Origin: Paraspadella gotoi
Taxonomy: Eukaryota > Animalia > Chaetognatha
Assembly: GCA_051294375.1 (NCBI GenBank)
Contig: CM119264.1
Location: forward strand, 17,558,278-17,622,277
DNA length: 64,000 nt
Reading direction: 5' to 3'
The notes under the pieces are model-generated. The model searched no databases. It saw only the letters and a list, made by a program, of their open reading frames with translations, and was not told where the DNA came from. Shown piece by piece: positions 1 to 12,495 of the stretch (its first letter is position 1; each line of letters opens with the position of its first letter). Position numbers and translations under genes: made by a program.

Positions 1-521
1 AAAGCTTTTTATCAATAATGTTCTAATTCTCACATTATAAAAATTCAAGCCCTTGCCTTCAGAGCGTAATCAACTCGATGTTTATCGCTTCAACGTCACT
101 TTTTTCATTTTAATACCTTTCGCCTCGCGTGTTTCAAGCAAATATCGATTTTTTATTTTATTTTCTCGACTCAAGCCGATATTACTGCGATGGCGCTTAA
201 GGCTTCATTGGCACAAAAACTTCAGTGGAGTACAACGTCAGTGGCCGTAGAACCAAAAAAAACGTTGTCTTAAGAATGAAATAGAGTCGTAGAGAAAGAA
301 AGGAGCTTCAAAGTTATCACTAGATTCACGCGACCCGCCGACACTTTGTCCAGAGACCTCACTCACGGTTTTACGCCCAGTCGCCCACCCTCCCCTTCTT
401 CAAGATCTGCTTCCCAACTCGACTCTTCACCTTCTCACTGTTTCAGTCATGTTGTCATTTGATTAATTCTCACACTCGACGTTAAAAAACTGTCGATCCT
501 TAAGCCCTTAGCTCTCTCTCT

Positions 522-559
<38 letters not shown>

Positions 560-1688
560 CGTCTCTCTCTCTCTCTCGTCTCCCTCTTCTCCCTGCTCCC
601 CCTCTCTCCCTCTCTCTCTTTTTTTTTTCTCTTCTTCAAGTAAAGGTCGATTTTTATTATGATTAAACTATCTTTTTTTTAAAAAACGACAAATGACACG
701 ATCCATGGTTTTGGCGTCATCTTGTGTCATTCCGGCGTCAATTTTTGTTCTTTTCCAAATTTTACTTCGTTTCATTTCTTCTTGATAAAGAAATTTTATA
801 AATTTTGCACCAATTAGTTTTTTAAAACAGTTAAAAAAGTGAGTTAAAATAAATTATTTGAATATTTTTTTAAAATAGTTATTAGGTTCCCACACAAAAG
901 TCGAATGTATCGCTAGAAATAAATTCAATACATAAGCGTTTGCATTGACTCCGCAGGATTCTCCCCAAGCCTCTCGTTGCTCGTCACACCTGCACCGATT
1001 CACACCTTCACTTCATTGTTCCGGGTTTTCAGACGTCGGAAGAGTGAAAAATGCGTCTTGGAAGCGTCATTAAGGGGGAAAGAGCGTCGCCTGGGTGGTT
1101 GACGGTTTGAGGAGCGGAGGGTCGACGGGGTTTCACTCCGACGTCCGGGTCGACGAAGTCGATGATGAGAGTGAGAGGAAGCGAGTGGAAGCGACAGAGT
1201 TTTGGTGGCGAAAAAGCTAGACGTCTCTGCCAAAAGCAGGCGAAGTTTTTTTTTCTTTTGACCATGTTTGGAAGTTGATCTGTCAAAGCCGTTCATTCCG
1301 TTCAGTTGGACTTAAGTGCCAGTTATACGAGGAAACCAAGAATCTCGCAGGTCGCTAATGCAATTCCCTGCCTCAAATAAAAGAACTTGGACAAAATCGG
1401 GGAAAAAAAACGAAGCCTGTGACTTATATGCACCTTAAGTGGCGCGAGAACTTTAAAAAAAGTAGGAAAGACGAGAATTCGCGCGTCGAAGCATAAAAAA
1501 CGAGAGAAGCGGATTGACAATTCGGAGAAACGACGGCGTTTCAGTTGCCGTTGGAGGGGCGAAGGGTCGCGGAGGTTGGAATGTGTTAAGGGGCGGGTGG
1601 ATGGGTGGGTGGAGGAAGGAGGCATCGAATTTAAAGTCGCTTGGAGATGTGATAGAGATAGAGAGAGAGATAGAGATAGACGAGAGAG

Positions 1689-1741
<53 letters not shown>

Positions 1742-2916
1742 TTTAGGGTGAGTAGAGAAGGTGGAAAAAAGTTAATCTGGGTTTGACAGTTGAAAGAGAC
1801 TCTGAATCAAGGAGATGGGAGAAGGGTGTCAGGGTGAATGTTTTTACTGGCTAGAGCCGACTGAGCCATCAACCACGTCGTGGGCGAAAGTTGCGTGATG
1901 CTCATTTCTTCCGGAAATCGGGGGGAAAAAAGAGGAAGTTTTTAGGGTTTTTAAATGCGGCATCGGAATTGAATATCGGAAAGTTGAAAATTGGAAGCAA
2001 CCCCAAGCGGCGGCTGAGAACCTCTCGCCGCAGAAAGCCGCCGAAAAAATTTATACCGTTTTCCGTTAAGGCCAGGGATCACTCAACCTAAAATTGTAGA
2101 AATCTTAATTTACTGTATCTTAATCATTTTTCTCATATCCTGTAAGAGGTTTTCTATTAAAAATTATTCGAAAACTTTTAAAAATCTACCTAAAATGTTC
2201 ATAAAAATTTAAACAAAATTTTTTCTTCGGTAAAACTAGATTTTTCAAGAGAAAAATATTTTTTTATATGTAAGCTAAATTTCTACAACTAAATTTTAAC
2301 TTAAAACTGATTCTTTACAGTAAGCTTAATTTTCTACTTCTTATATTTAATTCTTCCTTTGTACAAGTACATACATGGGGTTGTATCACTAATTAGTCTA
2401 AAACAAACTACTCTTCACATTTTCCAGACGTTTTTTTATTTCATGAGTTTTATGAGTTAAAAAACTTATCAAATTTATTTCAATTTGACTTTTTACTTTA
2501 TGTAAAATGTTAATGAGTTTAATGAGTACAGAATTTAACTTTCTGACGAAGTGAAGTTAAAAAACGAGAGTTGCAGCTCAAACCGTTGGACTCTTCTTGA
2601 AGAAAAAAATATCTGGGCAAGAAAGGAAAGGTGGGAGATTCTATGAGCGCGTTTTTTTGAAAAAATGTTTTTCGTTTCAAAGATATCAAGGAATTAATCC
2701 CAAAAATTGATTAAAATAATCAAAATTTTATATGAAGGAAGGCAAATTTTGAAAATATCTTTTCATAGAATTGGAGTTAGTGACCTAAAAGTAATTCATG
2801 CCAAATTTTATGAGAAACCGCCTTACCGTTTAGGGCTCGGAAAGCACTAGGCTCGTTTAAGATAGGTTCTTTTATTTAGTATAGTACAAAAAGAAATGCA
2901 AAAAAAACGATGACGC

Positions 2917-3201
2917 TGTGCGCGGTCCCATACTTCATACACCGCCCCTCACATCCACAATGCGTCAGCCAAAGATACCATTGGCTTAGAGGGGGGAACA
3001 CACGTCATCCCCGTAAGTGTTTCCATCCACAGTCCCTAATGAACTTCCCTCGTGCCAGTTCGCAAAGCGAGACGGTCCTAGGGTAACCCGCGCCAGTGAC
3101 TGGATGCGTCACTGAAAGGGTCGCGAAGCCCCGCCAAAGCCAACAGTTGAGATGCCCCATTTCCCAATGGGCATCAGCAGGCAACCCGTGCTGTTGCCAT
3201 A
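2917..3201 (+). repeat. 5' LTR of TRIM-like element
   Basis: Aligns by eye along its length with 3461-3733 (shared blocks gcaaagcgagac, gtcctagggtaa, gcgccagtgactgg, tgcgtcactg, ccaatgggcatca, ggcaacccg), with many small indels. Confidence 0.85.
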
Positions 3202-3242
3202 AGTGGTGAGCCCTACCTATCGAACACGCAACCCTTCTGCGA

Positions 3243-3344
3243 GGGTACGCTACGACAAACGCCTATGCCCTGCTGACTTCGGGTACGCTACGAACAAACG
3301 CCCTATGCACCGCGGCGTACGCTACGACAAAACGCCTATGCCCC
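3243..3344 (+). repeat. Three imperfect tandem copies of GGGTACGCTACGACAAACGCCTATGC inside the TRIM
   Basis: Copies start at about 3243, 3281 and 3314. Confidence 0.85.
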
Positions 3345-3460
3345 CACAAACTGCGCGCTCTGTCTCTCTCTCTCTCCGCAGCTATGGTGACACTTGACTG
3401 TCAGACTAACATACTACAAGGACATTAGAGGACATGAGTGATGTCTTGGTCCGGGGATCC

Positions 3461-3733
3461 TGTGGCGGCTATATTTCACACCGCCGTGCACATACACAAT
3501 CGTTAAGCAGCCAAATCCATTGCTTAGAGGGAACACACCCATCCCAGCGTAGTGTTCCATCCACCAGTCCTAAATGACTTCGCCTCTGCGAGTTGGCAAA
3601 GCGAGACCGTCCTAGGGTAAACCTGCGCCAGTGACTGGGAGTGCGTCACTGGGGTCGGAAGCCCCCAAAGCCAAGCAGTGAGATGCGCCCATCGCCAATG
3701 GGCATCAAACAGGCAACCCGGCTGTGTGCCATA
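3461..3733 (+). repeat. 3' LTR of TRIM-like element
   Basis: Direct repeat of 2917-3201. Confidence 0.85.
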
Positions 3734-4116
3734 ACGCCTGTTGAAAAAATTAGTAAAAGTGAATACATTTTTCGAATCGTCAGGAGCTCTCCTTTCGAAA
3801 TCCGAGCTCGGTTTTTAGGCTTAATTATAATTTGAATGAAGTGATCCCGGACGTTAAAAGAAAAAAAAATAACGTGTTTTATGGATTTTTTTTTCCTTGC
3901 GGATGTTCTTTATGATATTTACTAACTTTACGTCTCGGCTTACTCAAGAAGAGTCTCCGAGCTCTTGGCATGGAATATTTTGACGATTTTTCGGATGGCG
4001 AGAAAGATTTATTTCATCTGCGCTCTTCTAAACCTCCTTTACCACCATCTTTCCACCGCCGGTCAATGGTCCTCACCTACCGAACGCCTTCCCAACTAGA
4101 CCGAACCATCACACAC

Positions 4117-4327
4117 CTCCCTTTCCCGTTAGGATCGTTGCTCAGCCTGCAGAAGGCAATGCGGAATATTGACTCGAGCGTGCAAGTGCACATTGACGAG
4201 CCGAGAAACTTGCTCATCGCAGCCGAACTGTAAATATCGCAGGGACAATGGAGCGCGGGGGCCGTAGAAGAAAAACACGTGGATGTTTTTCTCGGCGATG
4301 GAAGGCGCGCCGGAACGGGCGGAGAGT
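4117..4327 (-). CDS. IgSF gene exon 6 (probable; one apparent 1-nt insertion)
   Basis: Acceptor cccccccgcag|, phase 2, continues (R)LSARSGAPSIAEKNIHVFFFYGP. As assembled it stops at TAA 4129-4131. Removing one base from the G run at about 4257-4261 gives YGPALHCPCDIY...MCTCTLESIF...NGKG, open to the donor GAG|GTGTGT at 4116. Confidence 0.62.
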
Positions 4328-4895
4328 CTGCGGGGGGGCGGGGTGGGGGCGGGCAGGGCCGGGTGAGGGTGAAAGAGATGTTAATAAAGGGCGAAAGAGG
4401 AGGGATTCTGACGAAGGAGAAAAAAAATCAAGGTCAACCTTAAGCTATTTTAATGTCAATACTCCGTATCCGACGGAAAATTAACGTTTATATTTAATGT
4501 CAAAATCGTAAATTATTGGTATTTTGAGTGATTTTAAGCGCTTAAAAAAATCAAAAATAAAAAACGACATCTGTAACTGTTTTCACCCAAAAACACTTTT
4601 TAACACTTTGATCAATCAATCCCCTCAGTTGGCGAAGGAAATAATATTATTAAATAAGTAATTGGGTCATGATATGTTATACATATATTTATTAGATTTG
4701 TCTTTGTAAATTTTCTTTTCTAAGTGACTAACTGTATTAGGACTTAGGAGGGAAACAAAGGTTAAGAACTAAAGAAAAAAGGGAGCAGCAGTGAGACACG
4801 AAAAAAAAAAATTATTTGGCAAAAGACATGAAGTCTTCTGAGAAGTGGAGAACTGGAAATGCAAAGAGACAAATATTTCCAAACGCAAGTATGAG

Positions 4896-4959
<64 letters not shown>

Positions 4960-5602
4960 TTGGCGAACGTGGCGAAATTTCATTTTGTTCTGGGAAATGC
5001 TGAACGCAATAAGAATTTATGAGCTCAAATGGGAAAATCGTTAGCAGCACGTCGGAGCGCGGGGGCAACGCATAAAGCTTCTGACCTCGGGATTCGAAAG
5101 TCCAGCCTTTTCATCAACACGAACTCTCTCCTCTTAATACGATTCACATTTATTTCCTTTTTTTTTTTCAAAGTTTCTCTCTCTGACCATAAAGCATATA
5201 CCGCGAGGTCAGAGGCAAAATATATGTTTCATAAATCTAGTCGGATATAATAGCATAAAGAAATAGAGGTTTTATTTCCTTTTATTACGGCTGAAACCAA
5301 ATTTCCCGCTTTCGTTAATTTCTTAAACTCCCTAGCATCCCTTTGATTACCCTCTCTTTCATTTCTGCTATTATTTTTTTTCTTTTTAAAAATATATACG
5401 TATTCGTTTCGCCTTTTTATTATTGTCAAAACAAAAAACAAAAATCTTTTTTTTTGTTTTGAACTTCGAAAACACGTTTACAGTTTAGACAACGAATTTT
5501 ACTTTCTTATCTTAATTTATTTCACGAAATATCTAAAAACAGACAAACGGACAACAGAAAGTGACCAATTATCTCTCTTACTCGAACCCAAATGACGCTC
5601 AC

Positions 5603-5815
5603 CTCAGCACGTATTCGCTCTCCCCGTGTTCGAGGAAAGTGTGGTTGAAGTAAGTGACGAAGGTGATGCCCAGCGGCCGCGTCAACACCATCGCGTCCAC
5701 GATGACGTCGTCGAGAGGAAATCCTTGAACGTGATCGAGCGCCACGCCCACCTCGCTTTTGGTCAGCGGCGGGTTGGAGAGGATGTCGCACTCCACGCCG
5801 TAATTCTCTTCGAAA
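5603..5815 (-). CDS. IgSF gene exon 5 (third Ig-like domain)
   Basis: Acceptor ccctcttccag| and donor GAG|GTGAGC; 213 nt, phase 2-2. Encodes (S)FEENYGVECDILSNPPLTKSEV...NHTFLEHGESEYVL, with the CxIxSNPP Ig motif. Confidence 0.85.
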
Positions 5816-7407
5816 CTGGAAGAGGGCGGGGACGGGGGCGTGGGCGGGGGGCGGGAGTTCTGTTAGGGTCGTAAGATTTTGGTGGATCCTCATTAAATGT
5901 AAATGTTAACGTAAAAGGCACCAGAAAAATATCAAAAAACTATATCAGAGTTAACCTAGAACACAATAAAAATTGTTTCAAAACACAAAAAATAATCCCG
6001 AAGACAATTTGAGAGTCCCGAAAAAAAGGCGAACATTGTAAACTGAGAGCCACTCACGCAAATCATAACAACCGACGTCATTTTATCCCATTTCATTTCC
6101 TTTTTTTCCCTTTCCGCTGTACTACTGTTTCGCTTCTGTCTTTTCTCTGTGATTTTTTCTTATTCCGCGACAAAAACATTCCCAGTTTCCAAAGGGAATC
6201 CACGTCTTCCACTTTCCTTCCCAAGTCACGTCGTTTGTTTTCCTTAGGCTTTTCTACCACGCGGGGTCTTTTTTTCGGTGTACCTGAATTACTTTTCAGC
6301 CTCGACCTTGATAGATCGAGAATACGTTGTTTTTTTTTGGGGGGGGGGGTAATTGACAATTATGATAACGATATGTACTTGTTTTAAATTTTTTTCCTTT
6401 TATTTTTCTTCGTTTCATATTTCGTATGTTTTTCGTTTTCATTAAAGATTTTTTGATAGTTGGTATAACCAATGAAAAAAATAATTTTCTATTAAAAAAA
6501 TAAAACTATTTTGCCTGCTGTTTTTATACAGTCTATCGAAAATTAACCTTTCCATCCCTCTTAGGATTTTTCTTTAACCAAAAAAAAAAAATAAAAACAA
6601 GATTAAAACGTAGTAAAACCTAGCAGGCCTTCAATCAAGTCTTCGGTTATCATTATATGTTTATATATTGCAAATTTTTATATGTATTACTATTATATCA
6701 GATGATCTTTCTCTTCCTTTCTCTTCCTCCAGCCCTTCCCTTTCCCCTTACACCTCAATAACTTTTTTAAAAATCGCTCTTCATAAAAAAAGGGGATGAA
6801 GAAAACAAGAATGAAAATCCGTTGGGGGAAATTTCCTTCCTTCCGCCAAAGCATAACAATTAGAAGCCAGATGTCGCGATAGGAGAAAGGGATAAAAAAA
6901 GGGGGGAAAAAAGGAATCTAAGGGAAAAAATGAAAAGGGAGAAATAAATAAGGGGTAATATCTGAATTTTTAAAAAATTTAAATTAAGGCAAACACAAGC
7001 AAGGAGAGAAAAATGAAATAGAAAGAGAAGAAAATATTGAGAGTTAAAAATGTTCGAAAAAATTTTAGAGGAAAAATGTAATTTTAGAACTCAATTGACA
7101 CTGGCGATTTTTTTTAAATCGAAATGATTCAAAGAAATGTGGAGAAAAACTAATTAAAAAAAAAAAGCAATGAAAAATAAGAGGTTTTCCTTTTTCTCAC
7201 TACCACCAGTCCACCGTCATCGTGAATTCACGGCTCCTCGTCGAACGACACTCTCACAACCGCTCCCAACGCTCACGCGCCGCCACTCTTACAACTGCGA
7301 CCATCAACGGCTTAATCCATTGTCGTCCTTCTTTCATTATCCTCCACATTAACAGAGGCCCTCGGCATTCTCACGACGCTTTTCCCCGTCCGCCGTTTCA
7401 AAAGCCA

Positions 7408-7467
<60 letters not shown>

Positions 7468-8064
7468 TCTTGTTCTCTTTCTTTTTTATCTCGTTTTTCT
7501 TTCTTTCACCGTGTTTTTTATTTGTTTCATTTTCTTTGTCTCTCCTTTCGTCCTTTGTTTGTATCTCAATTTTTATTTTAACATCACATTTTTGATTGAA
7601 ACGGAAAAGCTTTGTCTTTTTTATATAGTTTATTTTCCCTCACACTAAAAACAAACTTTCAAGGTTGTTCTGACGTATCTGTTATGCAACTAGAGAGCCG
7701 AGGACTATGGAGCGAGGAGCTGCCAATTTCGTGTTGGTAACATGCCCTTGTCAGACCGGGGGAGGGAACTACCTAAAAGAGATTTTGTCTCTTTTAACAT
7801 GAATATTACGAACTTTTAACGACTCCTTAGACTGCCCTAGAATCGCCTTCCCCCCCCCCAAGAGTATGTAATCATTGTGACGATGTTTAACAAAGTCGTA
7901 TGTTTTCATAAAAGATTATATCTTCCTTTTCTTTTCTCATTTGAACTCCGTCTTCTTCCTTTCTCTTCATCCCTCTCTACCTTCTCTATTTAAATTTTAA
8001 TCGAATTATTCACTTTCACTCTTGATCTTTCTATCTTTCTATCTTTCTATCCCTTTTTTCAAAC

Positions 8065-8341
8065 CTGTTGATGACGATAGAATCGTTGCACATAAACTTG
8101 GGCGGATACTCGACGTTGACCCTCTCGTATCCACAGGTCATGTTGGAGGGCGTCGCGCTCCAACCGGCGCCCCGCGTAACGTCTCCGCCGGGTCCGACTC
8201 CACTTTCGCCGATGGATCCGACCTTCCAACTGGAGTGAATGACGTAGCAGAGGAGGCGCTTCCCGTGGTCGCGCATCAGCGGAGTCAAGGTCACGTTGTT
8301 GAAGACGAGATTGGAGGTGTTCCAGGAGTGATCGCCAGTAA
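8065..8341 (-). CDS. IgSF gene exon 4 (C-terminal half of C2-type Ig domain)
   Basis: Acceptor tttgccacag| and donor CAG|GTTTG; 277 nt, phase 1-2. Encodes (V)TGDHSWNTSNLVFNNVTLTPLMRDHGKRLLCYVIHSSW...YERVNVEYPPKFMCNDSIVIN. The TLTP..xDHGKxLxC and VxVEYPP motifs are typical of CD80-like C2-set domains in nephrin/Kirre/Fas3-type proteins. Confidence 0.88.
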
Positions 8342-8869
8342 CTGTGGCAAAGCGGGTGTGAGGTTAAAAGAGATATAACGTCATTTTTAGTCATATTTTT
8401 TATTACCTTTGTTTTGGAAAAAAATTTATAAAAAAAAACTGTTTCGTCTATTATTCAGTATTCTTATTATTCTTATGATTCTTATATATTCTTATCAACG
8501 AATAAGGAGAATTATACGACAGGAAAGCCGCCTCCCCACGGCTATTGCAAAGACTAGGCATATTGCATAATGCATATTGTATAGTAAATAAAAGGCCTCT
8601 GTTCAATCGTTCGCACAAAGATCCGTGGCTTTCAGAATTTGATTATCGCGAGGGTCAGACGCTAACTCAATTGACGACGTATTCCCGGCACGTCGCAACA
8701 CGCGAGGTAGTTAGTCGTAATTACGATCACATCTACAGGCGCAAGTCCTGTTTAAATGCGTTAGAAATTACAATAGCGATCGTATTATACCAAAGTTAGT
8801 CTTCTCATACGTACATATACAAAACAATTTGTTATTTCGAGCTTTTCATTTCGTTGCGTTTAAAATTAA

Positions 8870-8976
8870 AATTAAGCGAAATTGTTTATTTTGTTAACAG
8901 ACAACGAGTTTGTTTTCTCCTTAAAAATAAACACAAGCTCGTTGTCTGTTAACAAAATAAACAATGTCGCTTAATT
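8870..8976. repeat. Near-perfect inverted repeat (hairpin) in intron 3 of the IgSF gene
   Basis: ATTGTTTATTTTGTTAACAGACAACGAG (8881-8908) is the exact reverse complement of 8938-8965. The stem is extended outward by AATTAAGCGA/TCGCTTAATT. Confidence 0.9.
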
Positions 8977-9796
8977 CTAACAATACAATTTATAGTTTAA
9001 CCGTGATAATTTTATATATTTTGGTAAAAGAAAGAAAAAAAAATCTCGTTTTTACTACGATCAAAAAAGAAATGCCGGGTTTATTTTGCAAAAAAAAGTT
9101 AAACGTGATTATGCACCAAAAAAAAAAAGTTTCTCCTTTTTTTCCCAGAAGACATTGGATGGATGTTTCTTGGGGAGCGCGGATCGCGGAGCCTGGGGAT
9201 TAGGAAGGTATGGGAATGAGTCGGTGAGGGCGTGAAACGGTTTGTGTGTGAAGCGACGTCTGCTAAGTCGAGTAAAAAGTGAGGTTTGTGAGGAAGTAGA
9301 GTGGAAATGAATAAAGTGCAAAAGTGAAATGAATATTAATTGTAAAGGATGTTGGTTGATTGAGGAAAAGCAAGAATTGACGTCTCGGGTTGAGAGCGAA
9401 AAAAAAAAAGGTTTGAGAGTGAGACGGAGAATGGCCTCGTTTCAGGTTTCGCGACGAAATATCGGTTTCGTTGTTCGAGAGTCGAGACGATACGACGACG
9501 ACCGAAGGGGAAAAAAAAAGTGCGAAGGTCGAGAGTAGTTCACCTCTGAATGTCGAACATCGAGAGGCGAACCATCATCTCGTCAAGTCTCGTCGACATC
9601 GCGGGCGATTAGGGGTCAAGTGGAAACGAGGAGGAAGAGGGGCGAGGGGAGTGGAGGCCGGGGGAGGGGGGCCGACGGGTCCGGGGTCCTCGAGTAGAAA
9701 ACGGAGGGTGGAACCCGTTCGGGCAGGTTGAGGCTCCGTTCCGACCGAGAGGAGATCGCCCGTTGGGGCTCGACGACTGGAGACCTCGTCTCTCTT

Positions 9797-9842
<46 letters not shown>

Positions 9843-10436
9843 CCACTCTCACTCTTCGCTCGCTCTCTCACACACAGGAAAATTCAGTCTATAAAATATT
9901 CACGCAACCGACTTTTTTTTTCGCCTTTGCCTTTTTTCTCGGTATTTTTCTTTCAGTACAATATTTTTTCTCTACAGTATGAAACTATTTTTTTCGTTAA
10001 TGAATGTCGCAGTTTTTGCGAAAATTAGCGACAGCAGCTGCGACAGCCGCATGATGATGAAAACGCGAGGAACGCAGCAACGTGAGATAGCGGATCAACA
10101 GTCGACGCAAGATCTGCCACCACGAAAGGCTGGGTTTCATATTACTGTCACGGGATGACAGCTCAACCTTATCAAACGAAGAGGAGAGAAGTCTGAACTT
10201 TGCCGGGAACAATGGCGTCGTGGATCCGGCATCGTGGCTTCTCGCCCTCGCGATGCAGCCGAGTGAGAGCGGAATGGTGGTAATGATCTCTGCCATCGCG
10301 GCTCAAGTCTCTTGCGATAGGAAAATAAATTCACCTAGTCCTAGAGCCATCTAACAACTTTTTTTTTCTATCATTATCATCATATTTTTTTTTAATATTT
10401 TTTTTATCGCTTCATATTTCTTTTTTTTTTTCTTAA

Positions 10437-10485
<49 letters not shown>

Positions 10486-11430
10486 GATCAAGAAGCCGAG
10501 ACTTCATTAATTCCATTTCTCGGTGAGGCTGGCGACCTCGTCATCGACGAACCGTCTCGACCCCGCTCTCTGCGGCTCTCACTTGTTCGACTCTCTCACT
10601 CTCTGTCGCACTTTAAATCGTCTCAGTCTCAGTCTCAGCCGTAGACGTGACTTGATCTTTTATCGTCCCTTTTTGAATTCAGCTTTTCTTACCCTGCCAC
10701 TAGATAATTACTAAATTTATTAACATTATGTCTGATTACAAATGACAATATTTTTCAAAAATAGCTTTTCTAACTGATAAATGTTATGAAAAAAATATAC
10801 AGCGAAAGAATTATGAGTTTAATCAGGTCTTTTCGTATCGATCTAGATCGAAGTCCCTGTATTGCAATTTTCTTTTTTTGCCTTTTAATAAAAATGTACA
10901 ATTTAAATTATCTCGAATACCTCAATTTGCGGTCAGACTCGTTGCCACTTACTCGTCGGCATTACTCTTGATTATAAAACAATTAAACCAGCAGATTATC
11001 AGACACAATAAACATCGAACACGTAATAAGATACAATACTCTCTCTTTCCAAACACTACCCCAATTCGATGCAGTGGATGGAACCACCTTCCCCCTCTCA
11101 CCCACCTCTCACCCTTCGACCACCCTCAATCCACTCAGGAGCCAATCTTATGCCGCACAAACGTTTCTCTCGATTTTCCTCTTTTTCCCTTTTTTTCCTT
11201 AAGCTCCGGGGGCGCAAAGGCGAGGAAGAGACGAAGGGCGTGTCGGAGTTTCTCTCCGGGGAAATATATGGTTGACGCCTGGCCTCTGTCGGCGTTCTTT
11301 TTCGTTTTGACTTCGGGTTTGACTCTCATCTTTCGGTTTCCGTTTCCGCTGTCTCTCTCTCTCTCTCTTTCTTCTCTCTCTCTCTTCTCTCTTCTTCTCT
11401 CTCTCTCTTCTCTCTCTCTCTCTCTCTCTC

Positions 11431-11482
<52 letters not shown>

Positions 11483-11486
11483 GTCT

Positions 11487-11531
<45 letters not shown>

Positions 11532-12450
11532 CCGCCGCCAACGCCGCTGCCGCCAGTGTGAGTTCTTTTCCAGCGTTCGCCCCCTCGCCACAGATATTGT
11601 AGTTTTCCGTCTCTCTGCTCTTCGCGTTTCATCTCCGTTCCATCTCTTTTCACCTCCGAACAAATTTTTTTTCTCTCCTCCCAAACTTTTCGTCTTGACT
11701 CCCCATTTTTAATTTTCTCCAATTTTACCCCTTTTTTCCCGTCCAACTTTTTTTTACAACTGTTTATTCTATAGCAACATCTTTTTTTCCTCTGCCTTTC
11801 AACCTACACATTGTTCACTGCTCAATGCTCATGCCTTCACTAGTCACAACTAATTTTTCCCTCAACACATCTTAGCCCTTTCACAACCCTTTCACAACTT
11901 CTGCCTCTCATCCGGGATGGGATGAGGGGGATGACATTCCCCTTTTCATCCTCTAACAGTCTCTCACGTCAATTCCTTGTCCAGGCGCCTTTCAAGTTGT
12001 CGATCGATGCTCTACTTCAACCGCGAGTCGGAACCAAGTACATCTCCCCCACGCTAAACGACAAACGTCTTCATTTCCTTCGAAAAAAGCGCTCAACATC
12101 GACCAAACTTCTCTCCCTCAACTCGATATTAACACCTTCTTTCCAACTCCCCATTCCCAATTCCACCGCAACCCCTGCCACGCCCTCTCGATCGCACTTC
12201 CGCCTTGCATATCGACGTTTTTCACCTCGAGATGTCACCGAAGAGAAAAAACCTTTTTTCCTCTTCTGTCGATAAACGGGAAAAAAGGGGAAAAGGCTCG
12301 GAGCCTCGGACTTTGGAGTCGGCGGCAGCCGCGCCGGCGGAGGAGCGTCGGGGGTCTCAGCAGCGGGACTGGCGACGACAGTGAAGTTCCACAGGGTCAA
12401 TCTGTCATGGCGTCTCTTCAGGCAATAGCTAACATTCGATGCGAAATGAG

Positions 12451-12495
<45 letters not shown>

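Larger units (their letters stand above)
2917..3733 (+). mobile_element. Non-autonomous miniature LTR retrotransposon (TRIM-like)
   Basis: Two direct repeats, both TGTG...GCCATA. ACGC flanks both ends (2913-2916 and 3734-3737). TGGTGAGCCC lies 2 nt after the 5' repeat (PBS-like), and a weak purine tract CCGGGGA precedes the 3' repeat. The internal region is 259 bp and non-coding. Confidence 0.8.

Noticed and set aside
1000-1296. Candidate downstream exon of the IgSF gene
   Set aside because: Weak acceptor context and no Ig, transmembrane or GPI-like sequence in the ORF-track frames.
3030-3090. Hammerhead-like CTAATGA...GAGAC.GTC in the TRIM LTRs
   Set aside because: Both copies deviate from the CUGANGA and GAAA cores, and no stem I pairing can be drawn.
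9997-10350. GC-rich block open on both strands
   Set aside because: No recognisable domain or consistent splice signals.
10878-11746. Long ORFs rich in ER/SL repeats (also at 24289-24810, 30997-31383 and elsewhere)
   Set aside because: Translations of (GA)n/(TC)n microsatellites, which contain no stop codons.
12290-12430. Minus-strand YCLKRRHDRLTLWNFTVV as an alternative Ig exon
   Set aside because: No convincing acceptor/donor pair, and exons 3 and 4 already join in phase.
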